This document shows positions 9,685 through 19,077 of a stretch of DNA of 64,000 bases, in pieces. Source of the stretch: an uncultured Gemmatimonadota bacterium (GTDB lineage Bacteria > JAAXHH01); the NCBI GenBank assembly GCA_951812955.1, contig OX638340.1, positions 992,001 through 1,056,000 on the forward strand, given 5' to 3'. The position numbers were made by a program, and so were the translations under genes. Below the pieces are notes generated by a model, which saw nothing but the letters and a program-made list of their open reading frames with translations, did no database searches and was not told the origin of the DNA. The stretch's first letter is position 1. Each line of letters begins with the position of its first letter.

Positions 9685-9774
9685 CATCTGCGAATGTACT
9701 CCTTGTTTTTTCTCCGGTTTTTCATGTACCGGGGACCGCGGCTCCTAAATCAGGTATCGCGCACGGCCGGTCCG

Positions 9775-9912
9775 GGCCTCCGCTTCGGTCGTCCGCGCCG
9801 GGCACCGCGGCAAAGTCGGACCGAGCCTCCGCGCCGGGCACCGCGGCAAAGTCGGACCGAGCCTCCGCGCCGGGCACCGCGGCAAAGTCGGTCCGGGCCT
9901 CCGCTCCGGGCG
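9775..9912. repeat. Intergenic GC-rich tandem repeat (minisatellite). Three near-perfect copies of a 36-bp unit (CCGCGCCGGGCACCGCGGCAAAGTCGGACCGAGCCT) are flanked by degenerate copies. It lies between the stop of the upstream oxidoreductase gene and the prfB start.
   Basis: Exact 36-bp periodicity: CCGCGCCG starts at 9793, 9829 and 9865. The array is flanked by the same GTCCGGGCCTCCGC at both ends. There are no unique spacers, so it is not CRISPR-like. Confidence 0.75.
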
Positions 9913-9968
9913 ATCCCCGAGAACTTCCGGTATCCCCGAAATGCGACGGGACCAACGCCGGAATGCGC

Positions 9969-11012
9969 TTAGAACCTTCTGAAAGCTTCTTCCAGCAGTT
10001 CCTGGTCGCGGATCGAATCCGCTCCGGAGGAACGGACCGGAGCACCGGACCGTATACACGACACAAAGTGGGCGTTTGCCCTTCGAAACGCCCAGTCCCG
10101 CGGCGCTTGCGGCTGGGCATGCTGCTGAATGTCGCCCGCCCTGTAGACAGAGACCCGGGCCGGCACGTTCTTGAGCAGCGGGGGCGGCGTGCTGATCTCC
10201 ACCCACCCGTCCTCGAAATACACCTTGACGCTCTCGTCCCAGAAATTCGCCGACAACCGTCCAAGTTCCAACACCGCGTCAAATCCATCCATGGCGAAAA
10301 CCATCAGTTTCGTCGGACCGTCTAGCGTCGCGAATCTCAGTTCCCGGACCTCGCCCAGCAGGAAGCGCATCAGGTTGATGTTGTGGCAATACAGGTTGTT
10401 TGTGCTGTAGATATCCCCGATTCGTTCCTGTTCCAGCCACTCCGGTGGCCGGGATTCGATTTCAGGATAGGTCTCGTCCGTTGTTATCGCCGTCCCGGCG
10501 TTGCAGACCCAGTCACCCGCAAAGCAATGGCCCCTCGCATGGGTAATCGCCCCAAGTTCTCCGGTTGAACGCAGCTCGTCGATGATCGAACGGGCCATCT
10601 CCACGCCGGTATCGAAGCGTTTCATGTACCCGATCTGCAATTGCCGGCCGTTGCGTTCGGCGGCCTCGACCATGCGGCGCGCATCGGACAGGTTGGTCGC
10701 CATGGGTTTCTCGACGTAAACGTGCTTGCCCGCGTTCAATGCGTCGATGGAAACGGGTGCGTGGGCATCGTCCGATGTGATCTGAACTACGGCGTCGATC
10801 GTAGGATCGGCGCAGATCTCCTCGTGGGACACGCAGGTCGTCGGAATGCCGAAACGGTCTGCCACCCGCCGCGCCAGCCCGGACCTCCGGTCGGCCAGGG
10901 CGACGACCTCGCAACCGGCCATTTCCGTGAAGTTGGGCAGGTGGACCAACTGTCCCATGAATCCCGCGCCGACGAAGCCTATCCTGATGCTTTCTTTTCT
11001 AGCAGATTCCAC
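9969..11012 (-). CDS. Gfo/Idh/MocA family NAD(P)-dependent oxidoreductase
   Basis: The N-terminal Rossmann signature IRIGFVGAGFMGQLVHLPNF is present, and the overall layout is typical of Gfo/Idh/MocA dehydrogenases. Confidence 0.7.
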   Translation of the reverse strand: MESARKESIRIGFVGAGFMGQLVHLPNFTEMAGCEVVALADRRSGLARRVADRFGIPTTCVSHEEICADPTIDAVVQITSDDAHAPVSIDALNAGKHVYVEKPMATNLSDARRMVEAAERNGRQLQIGYMKRFDTGVEMARSIIDELRSTGELGAITHARGHCFAGDWVCNAGTAITTDETYPEIESRPPEWLEQERIGDIYSTNNLYCHNINLMRFLLGEVRELRFATLDGPTKLMVFAMDGFDAVLELGRLSANFWDESVKVYFEDGWVEISTPPPLLKNVPARVSVYRAGDIQQHAQPQAPRDWAFRRANAHFVSCIRSGAPVRSSGADSIRDQELLEEAFRRF

Positions 11013-11125
11013 GGTCTACTCCACTTGCCGCCGCTCCGCTGTTCCACCGTTATTGAACCCTGCAGCGCGCACATACTGCTCGTAGCGACGCGTTGCCGGC
11101 CCGATGCTGTCCCGCCCTTCCGCCG

Positions 11126-11824
11126 CTATATTAAACCCTTGCCGGCGAGGCTGGTAAAGGATTTTCGGCCTATGATGATGTGATCCAGCACCTTGATGTC
11201 GATCATCTGGCCCGCGTCCACGAGTTGGGCCGTGATCTTGAGGTCGTCCTGGCTCGGGGTGGGATCGCCGCTGGGATGGTTGTGTACGAATATCACGGAC
11301 GCGGCCGAATCGAGGATGGCGGGCTTGAACACCTCGCGGGGATGGACGATGCTTGCCGTAAGACTGCCCACCGATACGGTCACGCCACGGATCAGGCAGT
11401 TGCGCGCGTCGAGCATCAGGACCATGAAGATCTCTTTTCGCAGATCCCTGAGTCTCGGCATGAAGTAGCGCGCCACGTCGGTACTTGAGACGAAGGTCTT
11501 CTTGTCCATGTCCTGCGCTTCGAGCCGGCGGCCGATTTCGATGGCGGAGGCGATCTGGGCGGCTTTGACGGGCCCTACCCCCGACACCTGGCACAACTCG
11601 CTCAATTCCCGGGTGGCGAGGTGGCGCAGTCCCCCGAAATGCTGCAGCAGGTCCCGGGATATGTCAATGACGTCCTTCCCCCCGGTACCGTTCCCGGTGC
11701 GCAGCAACAGCGCGATCAGTTCGGTGTCCGAAAGGGTATGGATTCCGTACTTAAGCAACCGCTCTCTGGGTTTCTCGTCTTCGGGCCATTCCTTGATCGG
11801 GGTAATTCCCTGCAAATCGGTCAT
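11126..11824 (-). CDS. radC: RadC-like JAB/MPN domain protein (UPF0758). The probable start is the ATG at 11824, preceded by GAGGGA.
   Basis: The N-terminus IKEWPEDEKPRERLLKYGIHTLSDTELIALLLRTG is a helix-hairpin-helix motif. The C-terminal JAMM motif is HNHPSGDPTPSQDDLKIT. Confidence 0.7.
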   Translation of the reverse strand: MTDLQGITPIKEWPEDEKPRERLLKYGIHTLSDTELIALLLRTGNGTGGKDVIDISRDLLQHFGGLRHLATRELSELCQVSGVGPVKAAQIASAIEIGRRLEAQDMDKKTFVSSTDVARYFMPRLRDLRKEIFMVLMLDARNCLIRGVTVSVGSLTASIVHPREVFKPAILDSAASVIFVHNHPSGDPTPSQDDLKITAQLVDAGQMIDIKVLDHIIIGRKSFTSLAGKGLI

Positions 11825-11904
11825 CGTATGTTCCCTCTGTCCTGGTCGGCGAACCATTGTACGTTGACCGATTTAGTCGAAATCCCGCCGGGGAATCTCG
11901 TATG

Positions 11905-12747
11905 CTATCCTGCCTCCTGACCGCGGCCCTCCGGTGTATCGCTATCTGTCTCCGGCGTGCCGCCGGCAACCGCTGGTTTCAATGCGTCCACGAAGGGCTT
12001 GAACAGATCGATGGGGACGGGGAACAGCGTGGTGGAGTTATTCTCCGCCGCCACGACCGACAGGGTCTGCAAGTAACGCAACTGAATGGCTACGGGATGG
12101 GTGCCCATGACATGGGCGGCTTCCGCCAGTTTCTCCGCGGCCTGCTGCTCGCCCAGGGCGTTGATGACCTTGGCCCGGCGTTCCCGTTCCGCTTCCGCCT
12201 GCTTGGCCATGGCCCGCTGCATCTCGAGGGGCAGGTCGACGTTCTTTATGACGACCATGGAGACCTTGATGCCCCACGGTTCGGTCTGCTGGTCCAGCAG
12301 TACCTGCAGGTCCTCGTTGATCTTGTCCCGGTTGGAAAGGAGGTCGTCTAGTTCCACTTGCCCGAGTACGCTTCGCAGCGAAGTCTGGGCCAGTTGATGG
12401 GTCGCCTGCAGGAAATCCTCCACCTCGGTGATTGCCCTCTCCGGGTCAATGACACGGAAGTAGATCACCGCGTTGACCTTGATGGACACGTTGTCCCGGG
12501 TGATCACGTCCTGGGCAGGCACGTCCTTGGTCACGGTACGCAGACTCACCTTCTCCATCTTGTCGACCCCGGGGATCAGGATCACGATGCCCGGTCCGTT
12601 TTTACCGATCAGGGCCTTGGAAAGGCGGCCCAGCCGGAAGATCACGCCCCGCTCGTACTCGCGCAGAATCTTGACCGCGTTCGTGAACAGGATGATGAGG
12701 AACAGGACGATTACGATCGTCGAGAGCGAAAATCCGTCAAACCCCAT
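11905..12747 (-). CDS. SPFH/Band 7 (stomatin-like) membrane protein. It forms the usual pair with the upstream NfeD protease, which it overlaps by 11 nt.
   Basis: An N-terminal TM helix is followed by a stomatin signature ([16 protein letters not shown]..., RVIDPERAI) and a C-terminal coiled coil rich in Ala/Glu/Arg. Confidence 0.75.
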   Translation of the reverse strand: MGFDGFSLSTIVIVLFLIILFTNAVKILREYERGVIFRLGRLSKALIGKNGPGIVILIPGVDKMEKVSLRTVTKDVPAQDVITRDNVSIKVNAVIYFRVIDPERAITEVEDFLQATHQLAQTSLRSVLGQVELDDLLSNRDKINEDLQVLLDQQTEPWGIKVSMVVIKNVDLPLEMQRAMAKQAEAERERRAKVINALGEQQAAEKLAEAAHVMGTHPVAIQLRYLQTLSVVAAENNSTTLFPVPIDLFKPFVDALKPAVAGGTPETDSDTPEGRGQEAG

Positions 12748-14074
12748 GGGAGTCCTCCCCTTGTTTCGTTGCGTCCGCGCTTGAATCCAGGCTTTCTACC
12801 TGCAATCGCAGACCGTTGACCTTCAAGACCCGAATCGGCGTATCGGGTTCGATAGGCGCATCGCTCGTCGCAAACCAGTACTCGCCGTGGACGAACACCT
12901 TGCCGCTCCGGGCGTCCACGGCCGTGCGCGCGCGTCCCGTTTCGCCGATCAGCCCCTGGCTGCCGGTGGTCGTGGGCCGCTTCTGGGCCTTCAGCGCGTA
13001 GCCCACGGCAAACAACACGAAGGCCCCGGTCGCGATCACAGCCGGGATGATGGCGTACAGGGATATGCGCAGGTAGGGATAGGGCGAATCGATGAGCATC
13101 ATCGAACCGATCGTGAAGGCGACGGCGCCGCCCAGGGTCAGCAGACCGCCGCTGACGAGAAACAGTTCCGTCACGAAAAGCCCGAGTCCCAGCAGGAGCA
13201 GCAGCAGCCCGGCGTAGTTGATGGGCAGCGTCTGCAGGGCGAAGAGCCCTATGATGACGCACATGCCGCCCACGACGCCGGGGAATATGGCGCCGGGATT
13301 GATGAACTCGTAGATGAGCCCGTAGAATCCGAGCATCATCAGGAGGTAGGCGATGTTGGGATTGGAGAGCACGTTCAGCACCCGGTGGTTCCAGTTCATT
13401 TCCCTGATCTGTACCTCGGCGTCCTTCGTACGCAATACCCGGCTGCCTTCCCTCACTTCCACGACGGTTCCGTCGATCTGAACGAGCAGGGAATCCAGCG
13501 TGGCGACGTTGAGTTCCACGACGTTCTGCTCTACCGCTTCCCGGTCGGTCAGGGCCACGCTCTTCCTTACGGCCTGTTCCGCCCAGTCCGCGTTCCGTCC
13601 GTGCTTGTCGGCGATGGAACGGATGTAACTCACGGAAAAGTTCTCTATCTTTTCCTGCATGGTCGAGTCCGCCACCGCGCCGCCAATGCCAACCGGACTG
13701 GCCGCCCCAATGCTCGTTCCCGGCGCCATGGCCGCGACGTGGGCGCTCATGGTGATGAACACGCCCGCCGATCCGGCGCCCGCACCGCTGGGCGCCACGT
13801 AGACCACGACCGGCACATTCGACGCGAGCATGTCCTTGATGATCAACTGCGTGGACTCGAGGAGGCCGCCGGGCGTATCGAGCATGATCACCAGGCACTC
13901 CGAACGGTCGTCTTCGGCTCTTTCTATTGCGGCGGACACGTGCTGGACGCTGACCGGACCGATCGGGCCTGTCAGCTTGATGACGTCGACCCGGGTCGCG
14001 GCCCCCGTCGCATCGGTCCACGCCAGCGTGACGGCCAGCAGCATGCAGCTGAGGATTCTTGACGGTTTCATCAT
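12737..14074 (-). CDS. NfeD-family membrane-bound serine protease (ClpP-class) with a C-terminal OB domain
   Basis: A signal peptide is followed by a ClpP-like domain ([16 protein letters not shown]...[11 protein letters not shown]). Multiple TM helices follow, then a C-terminal beta-rich domain. The gene is coupled to the stomatin gene. Confidence 0.75.
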   Translation of the reverse strand: MMKPSRILSCMLLAVTLAWTDATGAATRVDVIKLTGPIGPVSVQHVSAAIERAEDDRSECLVIMLDTPGGLLESTQLIIKDMLASNVPVVVYVAPSGAGAGSAGVFITMSAHVAAMAPGTSIGAASPVGIGGAVADSTMQEKIENFSVSYIRSIADKHGRNADWAEQAVRKSVALTDREAVEQNVVELNVATLDSLLVQIDGTVVEVREGSRVLRTKDAEVQIREMNWNHRVLNVLSNPNIAYLLMMLGFYGLIYEFINPGAIFPGVVGGMCVIIGLFALQTLPINYAGLLLLLLGLGLFVTELFLVSGGLLTLGGAVAFTIGSMMLIDSPYPYLRISLYAIIPAVIATGAFVLFAVGYALKAQKRPTTTGSQGLIGETGRARTAVDARSGKVFVHGEYWFATSDAPIEPDTPIRVLKVNGLRLQVESLDSSADATKQGEDSHGV

Positions 14075-14113
14075 GATCCGGCCTGTTGGGTTTGTGTTCG
14101 GAATCAGCAGCGG

Positions 14114-16150
14114 CTACGGCCGATGATTCGGATTCAGCAGGTGAACGATTTGCACGGCCTGAAACAGCGCCGCCGGTTCAATCTGGGGCCTGAGGGACCG
14201 GCGCCTCGGGAACAGCGTGGTTTCTCCCATCATGGGCGGCGCCACGACGACCTCGACGAGTCCGGGGTTTATCTTGATGTTTCGCCTCGGACACTTGGGC
14301 CAGATGGAATGTATCCCCCGGAAAGCCATGGGAATGAGCACGACGTCGGGCGGGATCTTGCTGAACAGGCCGTGTTGCAGGGGGATGGACTGGATGTCGA
14401 AAGCCGCCGTCGTACCCGCGGCATAGATGATGCCCGGTCGTTTTTCCAGCAGTCCGGCGAAACGCTGGGTCGCGTTGTTGGTATCCCCCGCGCGGGGCAG
14501 GACCACGTAGCCGTCGATTTCTTCGAGCAGTCGGTCGAATTCAGCGGCGTTCACGCCGAACAGCGTCGTGCTCCATGACCCCAGGCGCAGCGTTACGTAC
14601 TCGGTCAGGCCCGACCTAGACAGGATGGTGCAGGGACGCGAGTCCTCCCAGCCGAGGGCGTCCAGCAGGACGCGGGATTGTAGCACTTTGTACATGACCG
14701 GATGATCGAAGACGCTCTGGTGGGTGGGAAAGAAAAGGACTTTGTAACGACCCTCGTGCAACTTGAGCACACGGGCCAGTTCGCCGACCATCGGATCGAC
14801 GTGCACCTTGACCGTGATCCCGAAGATCTTCAGCGTCTTCTCGGACCAGGCCAGGCTGTTCTGCCACGCCGCCTCGAGTTTTTCCTCCTCATCCAGCCCC
14901 TCCTCTTCGATCTCGAGTTTGGTGCGGACATACCGCCAGGATGCCCCGATCCACCGGACCAGCCTCGTGGCGCGCTGAATCGGAGAATACCTGGCGTTCC
15001 TTCCCACATGGGGATACTCCAGGAAATGGCCCGTGGCGCTTCGGTCCAGCAGCTGCGGCACCTCCATGGGCTCCAGCATGGAGGAGAGTTCGTCGGGGAT
15101 TTTCGCCTCATCCTCTCCGTTCTTCATGTGCTGGTTGATCCTGTGGATGACCAGGTTACATTTCTCCATGAGGCCGTTGGACAGGTCTATCATGTCCCGC
15201 GTCAGGCTCGTATAGTGGTGACCGTACCAGTACCCCGTCGGCTTGAGTTGCGCGGGATTCTCCTGGTGCGCCTGGAAGAACTCCACCATCATGGCCTGAC
15301 CGAGCAGGATATCCTCCTGTATGCCGTCGATCTTGCGCTGGAGGTACTTGCTCGGTACGTGCCGGCGGCAGAACTCGGCCAGCAGTTCGGCGTCGCTGAT
15401 GATCTTCCACACCGCGCAACCGAACCAGGCGAAGTTGGTATACGTATTGAAGCGAACGGCGAGCAGTTCTCCGGCGGCCAGATATTCGAGCGTATTCTGG
15501 GCCGTGTTGTGAAATATCTCCCTCAGCGTTGAGCGGGTTTCCTTGCCCTTGAGCGTGCATTCGTACGTCGCCTGCCAGAGGGGGTCGTCCTCCGGAACGA
15601 TGTCCTTGAGTTTCTCGGCGACGGGCTGGGCGTGGGCCAGGGGCACGCGGGACAGCCTGGCCCCGGCCAGGGCGGCCTCGCCTTCGTCCGGAGTAAAAAC
15701 GTTACTCGCCCTGAGTTCCTCGACATAGATGGTCTGGTAAAGTTCGAGAAACTGGGCTGTCGCTCCCTGTCCCGTCCGCAGGAACTGTTCCCTTATGCGG
15801 GCGTAGAGCTGCACGGCCTGGTAGTAATCGGGGGCGACCCGCCTGAACTGGTCGTAGGCTTCGCCCATCCGCTGGTCCCGAAGCCGGGGAACCCCCTCGT
15901 AAATCGCCCCGATCAGCTTCGCGCGGTAACCCAGGCCTTCCAGTCCAATGGGCCCTTCCGGCGACCGGGAGGGCGGCCACTTCAGGAGATTGGGATCGAC
16001 CCCTTCGAAGTACCCTTCCGAATTCGCCAGGTCCAGTACGCCTTGCGCCGACTGGTCGTACACAGTGAGCAGGACATCCACGTTTCGGATCAGCGTCTGG
16101 TGGTCGAACCAGATCGAGGACGTATCGATTTTGTCTGACGGTATGCTCAT
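14114..16150 (-). CDS. Large (678 aa) protein. Its C-terminal third resembles a glycerolipid acyltransferase (HxxxxD motif, PlsB/LPLAT-like). The N-terminal ~430 aa have no function I can assign.
   Basis: FFPTHQSVFDHPVMYKVL (H-x4-D acyltransferase block I) is followed by Gly-rich blocks (IIYAAGTTAAFD) resembling LPLAT motif III. No other family is recognisable. Confidence 0.35.
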   Translation of the reverse strand: MSIPSDKIDTSSIWFDHQTLIRNVDVLLTVYDQSAQGVLDLANSEGYFEGVDPNLLKWPPSRSPEGPIGLEGLGYRAKLIGAIYEGVPRLRDQRMGEAYDQFRRVAPDYYQAVQLYARIREQFLRTGQGATAQFLELYQTIYVEELRASNVFTPDEGEAALAGARLSRVPLAHAQPVAEKLKDIVPEDDPLWQATYECTLKGKETRSTLREIFHNTAQNTLEYLAAGELLAVRFNTYTNFAWFGCAVWKIISDAELLAEFCRRHVPSKYLQRKIDGIQEDILLGQAMMVEFFQAHQENPAQLKPTGYWYGHHYTSLTRDMIDLSNGLMEKCNLVIHRINQHMKNGEDEAKIPDELSSMLEPMEVPQLLDRSATGHFLEYPHVGRNARYSPIQRATRLVRWIGASWRYVRTKLEIEEEGLDEEEKLEAAWQNSLAWSEKTLKIFGITVKVHVDPMVGELARVLKLHEGRYKVLFFPTHQSVFDHPVMYKVLQSRVLLDALGWEDSRPCTILSRSGLTEYVTLRLGSWSTTLFGVNAAEFDRLLEEIDGYVVLPRAGDTNNATQRFAGLLEKRPGIIYAAGTTAAFDIQSIPLQHGLFSKIPPDVVLIPMAFRGIHSIWPKCPRRNIKINPGLVEVVVAPPMMGETTLFPRRRSLRPQIEPAALFQAVQIVHLLNPNHRP

Positions 16151-16211
16151 TTTCAGGCTCTTCAGGGTCCCGGCCGCGAAGCATCGACACCGGTCCGGCA
16201 GGATCGGTGGA

Positions 16212-17675
16212 TCAGTCCCGCCCGGAATCCAGCGGATACAGTTTCCTGCCCAGCCGATGGTAGGTCAAAGTACCCATGTCATGTACGCCCGGCTCAGTGA
16301 CCACGTGAATTGCGCCCGCCCACGGTTCGAATCCGGCTCTGAAGTGGGCGGAGGACTTGACGCCGATGTAGCGCATTTCCCGGGGATCCAGGCCCAGGGA
16401 TTCGGAAAAAGCCGTGTCGAAAGGCTGCTCGCGATCGTTCACGAGGATGACGTGGACGCCTTCCTGCCGAATGTGGGCGGATGGGCCCATCGTACCTTCC
16501 AGGCCCGCGAGCATGGGGCCGTGGTATCGGAACCTGCCGTCGGACAGAGCCAGAACTTCTGCCGTCATGGTTACTGGTTCGCCCTGCAACGGCGATGACT
16601 TTCCCCCGACGTCCAGCGTGATCGTGGCGCCTACCCCGGCGTCCATGCATTGTTCCACGGCCTCCGGATCAACGATGTACAGGACGCACGCATCCTCGAG
16701 ACCGGCCTGGATGAACGTCCGCAGCATGGCGGTGCCGTCGCCCGGAGAACCGCCTCCGGTGTTGTCATTCCGATCCGCCAGGACGACGGGAAACAGGCCT
16801 TCTGCATGGACGCGGTCCAGGGTTTCCTTTGTAGACGGCATATGGTAATGCCAGTCGGCGCGCCGGTCGTAGAGGTATCCACCCAGTTCGTCTGCATAAC
16901 GCTGTGCCAAATCCTGGTCGTTGTCCGTCACGATGTACACCGACGCGCCCATGTGGGGTATGTCGGCGAGCGGGAAACAGGTGGCGATCGATCCGCAGAC
17001 TACACCGGGCCGCGATTCGATTTCATGGAGGTAGTCGATCGCCTCCTTCATCGGGGCATGGGCCGTAACCTGGTTCATACCCCAGGTCATGGGTATCCGG
17101 TGCAGGGCCATGGTGGGCCGGAGTCCCTCGCGCAGGATCCGGACGAGCACGTCCGCGCATTCCCGTCCCCGTGGCGCCATGTCCACCTCCGGGTAGGACT
17201 CCCGGCCGATCAACACGTCGGCCTTTTCGATCATCAGCGGGGTCATGTTGGAGTGAATGTCCAGCTGGCCGACGATGGGCAGATCCCCCACGAGGTCCCG
17301 CACGGCGGAGAGGATGTATCCTTCGCCATCGTCGATTCCCTCGGCCACCATGGCGCCGTGCAGTTCGAGCAATACACCGTCGAAAGACTGCGCGTCCCTG
17401 AAACCGTCCAGCATCTCGTCGATGATTTCATCGAAGAGCGCACGGGGCGTGGGGCCGCTCGGATGGGGTTCTGCCACGATCGTGGGGATCAACTCGAATC
17501 CGTGTACTTCGGCGCCTTCGATGAATCCGCCCGTGGGTTTGTTCGTGCCTCGGAACGCCGTGAGGATTTCGCTTCCGCGCAGGCCGCCGTACCGTTCCCG
17601 GTAATTCATCCGGGTGGTTTCCACGGTCGTGAACGTGCTGGTCTCGTGTGCTATGATTCCGGTTACTACGCGCAT
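16212..17675 (-). CDS. MlrC-family (microcystinase C-like, M81) metallopeptidase
   Basis: 487 aa. MRVVTGIIAHETSTFT... is typical of the MlrC N-terminal domain (DUF1485). Both MlrC domains are present. Confidence 0.6.
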   Translation of the reverse strand: MRVVTGIIAHETSTFTTVETTRMNYRERYGGLRGSEILTAFRGTNKPTGGFIEGAEVHGFELIPTIVAEPHPSGPTPRALFDEIIDEMLDGFRDAQSFDGVLLELHGAMVAEGIDDGEGYILSAVRDLVGDLPIVGQLDIHSNMTPLMIEKADVLIGRESYPEVDMAPRGRECADVLVRILREGLRPTMALHRIPMTWGMNQVTAHAPMKEAIDYLHEIESRPGVVCGSIATCFPLADIPHMGASVYIVTDNDQDLAQRYADELGGYLYDRRADWHYHMPSTKETLDRVHAEGLFPVVLADRNDNTGGGSPGDGTAMLRTFIQAGLEDACVLYIVDPEAVEQCMDAGVGATITLDVGGKSSPLQGEPVTMTAEVLALSDGRFRYHGPMLAGLEGTMGPSAHIRQEGVHVILVNDREQPFDTAFSESLGLDPREMRYIGVKSSAHFRAGFEPWAGAIHVVTEPGVHDMGTLTYHRLGRKLYPLDSGRD

Positions 17676-17691
17676 ATTCGTGTGTTCCGTT

Positions 17692-18060
17692 TCAGGCCCG
17701 GTAAATGCCGTAGACGAGTAGAATCCAACCGATGACGAACGCCACGCCGCCCAGTGGGGTCACCGCACCGAGCCACCGGACGCCCGCGAGGCTCAGCACG
17801 TAAAGGCTGCCTGAAAACAGCACCGTGCCCGCGATGAACGCCCAACCCGCCGACGAGGGTATCGCATCAGGCCAGCGCGAAACCGCCCAGGCCGTGAAGA
17901 GCAGGCCGAAGGCGTGATACATCTGGTACCGCACGGCGGTCTCGAAGATCTCCAGCATTTCGGGAGACACCCGGTCTCGCAGCCCGTGGGCGCCAAAGGC
18001 TCCCGCGATCACGCCCAGGAGCGCCGAGACGCCTCCGGTTATCGCGAATAGTTTATCCAT
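17692..18060 (-). CDS. DUF423 family small membrane protein (4 TM helices). I use the internal ATG at 18060.
   Basis: MDKLFAITGGVSALLGVIAGAFGAHGL... The YgdD/DUF423 pattern (GAFGAHG) is present. Confidence 0.5.
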   Translation of the reverse strand: MDKLFAITGGVSALLGVIAGAFGAHGLRDRVSPEMLEIFETAVRYQMYHAFGLLFTAWAVSRWPDAIPSSAGWAFIAGTVLFSGSLYVLSLAGVRWLGAVTPLGGVAFVIGWILLVYGIYRA

Positions 18061-18114
18061 GGATGTTCTGCCTTGCGGCAACTTCCAATCCGGTGCGGCG
18101 ATTGACAAGATTCC

Positions 18115-18969
18115 CTACCAGATCGGCGCCAGCCAGCCGCCGTCCACGGGCAGGGCCGTGCCGGTGATCCATTCGGCATCGTCCGACGCGAAAAACACGC
18201 AGGCCCGGCCGATATCCTTCGGCAGCCCCAGCCTGGGAAGGGGCGTCTTTTCGAGCGCTTCGTCGACTTGCGCCTGGGTCAGGTAATCCTGGATGGGCGT
18301 TTCGATATAGCCAGGACAAATTGTATTGGCCGTTACGCCGTGGGACGCCAGCTCCACCGCGGTATCCCGGGTGAGATTCACGACCCCGGCCTTGGCCGGC
18401 GCGTACGCCGGTCCGCCTCCGCCGTGAAAGGCGTGCACGGAAGCGATGTTGATTATCCTCCCCGCGCGGGATTCCTTCAGGTGGGGCACGGCGGCGCGCG
18501 TGGTCAGGAACAGGGCCCGCAGGTTGATGCCCATGATGCGGTCCCAGGTGTCTACAGGGGTCGTCTGGCTGTCCCCTGGTTCGAAAATACCCGCGTTGTT
18601 GACCAAAATGTCCAGGCCGCCGAAGGTCTCCAGCGTCCGCCCTACCAGGCGGCCGACCGCCGCTTCGTCCGACACGTCGGTCTGTACGAAGTGCGCCTCT
18701 GAGCCCATCGCGCGCAATGCTTCCACGGTAGGCGTCGTCACGTCCTGATCGTGGTACTTGCCCGGCCTGGGCCTTTCGACGAGGTCGCAGACTACGACGC
18801 GGGCCCCCTCCCTGGCCAGTTCGATGGATATACCCCGACCTATACCGGAACTGCCGCCCGTGACGATAGCGACCCGATTTTCGAGTATCAAGTTTTCCTC
18901 TGGGGTTGCCTGGGATGCGATTGGAAATGGTCCTGGATTGATTATATACAGATCGCAAAAAAGGGGCAA
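18115..18969 (-). CDS. SDR-family short-chain dehydrogenase/reductase. The true start may be the TTG at about 18886, which is preceded by GAGGAA. The ATG start would give a 38-aa extension atypical of SDRs.
   Basis: TGGSSGIGRGISIELAREGARVVV (Gly-rich NAD(P) site), NNAG and the YxxxK catalytic region (AYAPAKAG) are present. Confidence 0.75.
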   Translation of the reverse strand: MPLFCDLYIINPGPFPIASQATPEENLILENRVAIVTGGSSGIGRGISIELAREGARVVVCDLVERPRPGKYHDQDVTTPTVEALRAMGSEAHFVQTDVSDEAAVGRLVGRTLETFGGLDILVNNAGIFEPGDSQTTPVDTWDRIMGINLRALFLTTRAAVPHLKESRAGRIINIASVHAFHGGGGPAYAPAKAGVVNLTRDTAVELASHGVTANTICPGYIETPIQDYLTQAQVDEALEKTPLPRLGLPKDIGRACVFFASDDAEWITGTALPVDGGWLAPIW

Positions 18970-19077
18970 GGCAAGTGTTTAAGTCGCGTGGCCAGAAATG
19001 GATTGCCTTTTTGAGAACCGGCCTTAGATATATACATTTCACGCCTGTCCAGTCCCATACCAACGAAGGAGGTTCCC

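Noticed and set aside
9775-9912. 36-bp direct repeats that could suggest a CRISPR array
   Set aside because: The units are directly adjacent with no unique spacers. No cas genes are nearby. Similar degenerate arrays occur at other intergenic sites. It is a minisatellite, not CRISPR.
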